From NCBI GenBank assembly GCA_013416795.1, contig RQSC01000026.1, forward strand, positions 157,701 through 221,700: a DNA stretch of 64,000 nucleotides. The letters are read 5' to 3'. The notes under the pieces were generated by a model. That model ran no database searches. It was not told the origin of the DNA and saw only the letters and a list, made by a program, of their open reading frames with translations. The position numbers were made by a program, and so were the translations under genes. The stretch is from Prasinococcaceae sp. CCMP 1430 (Eukaryota; Plantae; Prasinodermophyta). This document shows positions 63,023-64,000 of this stretch, piece after piece (position 1 is the stretch's first letter; each line of letters starts with the position of its first letter).

Positions 63023-64000
63023 TCACGTCACCCGTGGAACGAGCGCGACCGACGGGCACGCCTGCTTCACAAGCGAGCGCTCTCCGCGCACGCGCGCGGC
63101 TCCGAGCCTCCCCTTGCGATCCGCCATCTCGCGGACAAACTCCTCGCGCGTGGCGGCCTCTTGCACAAGGGCCTCCTCACGCGCGCGTGCAGCCTGAAGG
63201 GAGACTCTGAGCTCGGTGCAGCGCGCGCGCGCGGCCAGGAGCGACATGCTGAGCTCTGATGCCTCGCGCGTCACCTCGTCCTCACGAGAAAGCGCCGCCT
63301 CGAGGGATGCCCCGAGTTGCGCCACTTTGCGAGCGAGCTTTTCCTCGCGCGCAAGAGCTGCCCTGAACGAAGCCCCCAGCTTCGCTGCCTCGCGCACAAG
63401 CTCCCCGTCCTTGGCCCGCGCGGCCTCGAGGGATTCCCTGTACTGTGCTGCCTCTCGCTGAAGCTCGGCCGTGCGTTTCTCAGCTTCGTGCAGGCGGCGT
63501 CGCTCTTCGCGCGCCCGCGCCCGCTCGTGGAACTCGCTAGAACCTGGGGCGAATTCGTCGAGCGCATCGTGGAAGACCTCCGTGGCACCGCCGCCGTCCG
63601 GGCCCGCGTCCCCGGCAGGCTTGTGGGCTGCAGCCCCCGTGCTCTCGTCTGTGCCGTCCCTTTCAGGGCGGACGGCCGCAGGCGCCTTAGACGCTGGCGC
63701 TGATGTGCTTGTGTGCGCCGTGGCTTGAGGCTTGGGCACACGCGTTTGGGTAGGAGCGGCCGTCACCGCCTTTACTTTGATCGCCCCCTCGACTCGTGCC
63801 TCAAGAGCGAGCGGTACAGGCGTCGCGGCGTTGGCGTCGTCACCGGCACAGCGACGGCGCGTTTTCGCCACCGCCACCGCCGCGATGGGCGACGTAGCCG
63901 CGGTCGAGGCACGCGCGGGTGGCGGAGTGCGCGGCGGCTTCCTCCGCCCAACGCCCTGCGAGCGGGGGGGCGTGCCAGCACCTCCTCCCAGCGCCACCGC
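63023..64000 (-). CDS. Unknown coiled-coil protein, partial (runs off window)
   Basis: Heptad-rich E/R/A/L segment with internal repeat LGAS..AAL.RE. Confidence 0.55.
   Translation of the reverse strand, partial: AVALGGGAGTPPRSQGVGRRKPPRTPPPARASTAATSPIAAVAVAKTRRRCAGDDANAATPVPLALEARVEGAIKVKAVTAAPTQTRVPKPQATAHTSTSAPASKAPAAVRPERDGTDESTGAAAHKPAGDAGPDGGGATEVFHDALDEFAPGSSEFHERARAREERRRLHEAEKRTAELQREAAQYRESLEAARAKDGELVREAAKLGASFRAALAREEKLARKVAQLGASLEAALSREDEVTREASELSMSLLAARARCTELRVSLQAARAREEALVQEAATREEFVREMADRKGRLGAARVRGERSLVKQACPSVALVPRVT

Overview
Very GC-rich, gene-dense eukaryotic nuclear DNA from a green alga (Viridiplantae). The lineage call rests on UGP3, an AGPase-family gene, a PLUTO-like NCS1, a plastid-type glucose transporter, an LCL-clade REVEILLE and plastid-type transit peptides. 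Short GT-AG introns with CTGAC branch motifs suggest an early-diverging prasinophyte/prasinodermophyte-grade alga, but that is inference. About 40 genes or gene fragments are recognisable. The window is a draft-quality mosaic with 4 N-gaps, 5 single-N joins and roughly a dozen further places where one gene stops abruptly and an unrelated one begins, so many models are partial and apparent fusions should not be trusted. The most interesting items are: a PHTF-type / 7TM ion-channel (insect OR/GR superfamily)-like membrane protein; an animal-type folate-receptor/riboflavin-binding protein that has lost two whole disulfide pairs and gained His/acidic repeats; a splicing architecture with distant branch points and AG-free zones up to about 200 nt; an acylated IQ-motif acidic-repeat protein with GAP-43-like architecture; an AGPase small-subunit-like protein with degenerate catalytic residues; a CmcJ/AsaB-type dioxygenase; a class II aldolase; a DIRS retroelement remnant; and telobox-like motif arrays. 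No rRNA, tRNA or CRISPR array was seen. All family calls are by-eye motif recognition; no searches were run.
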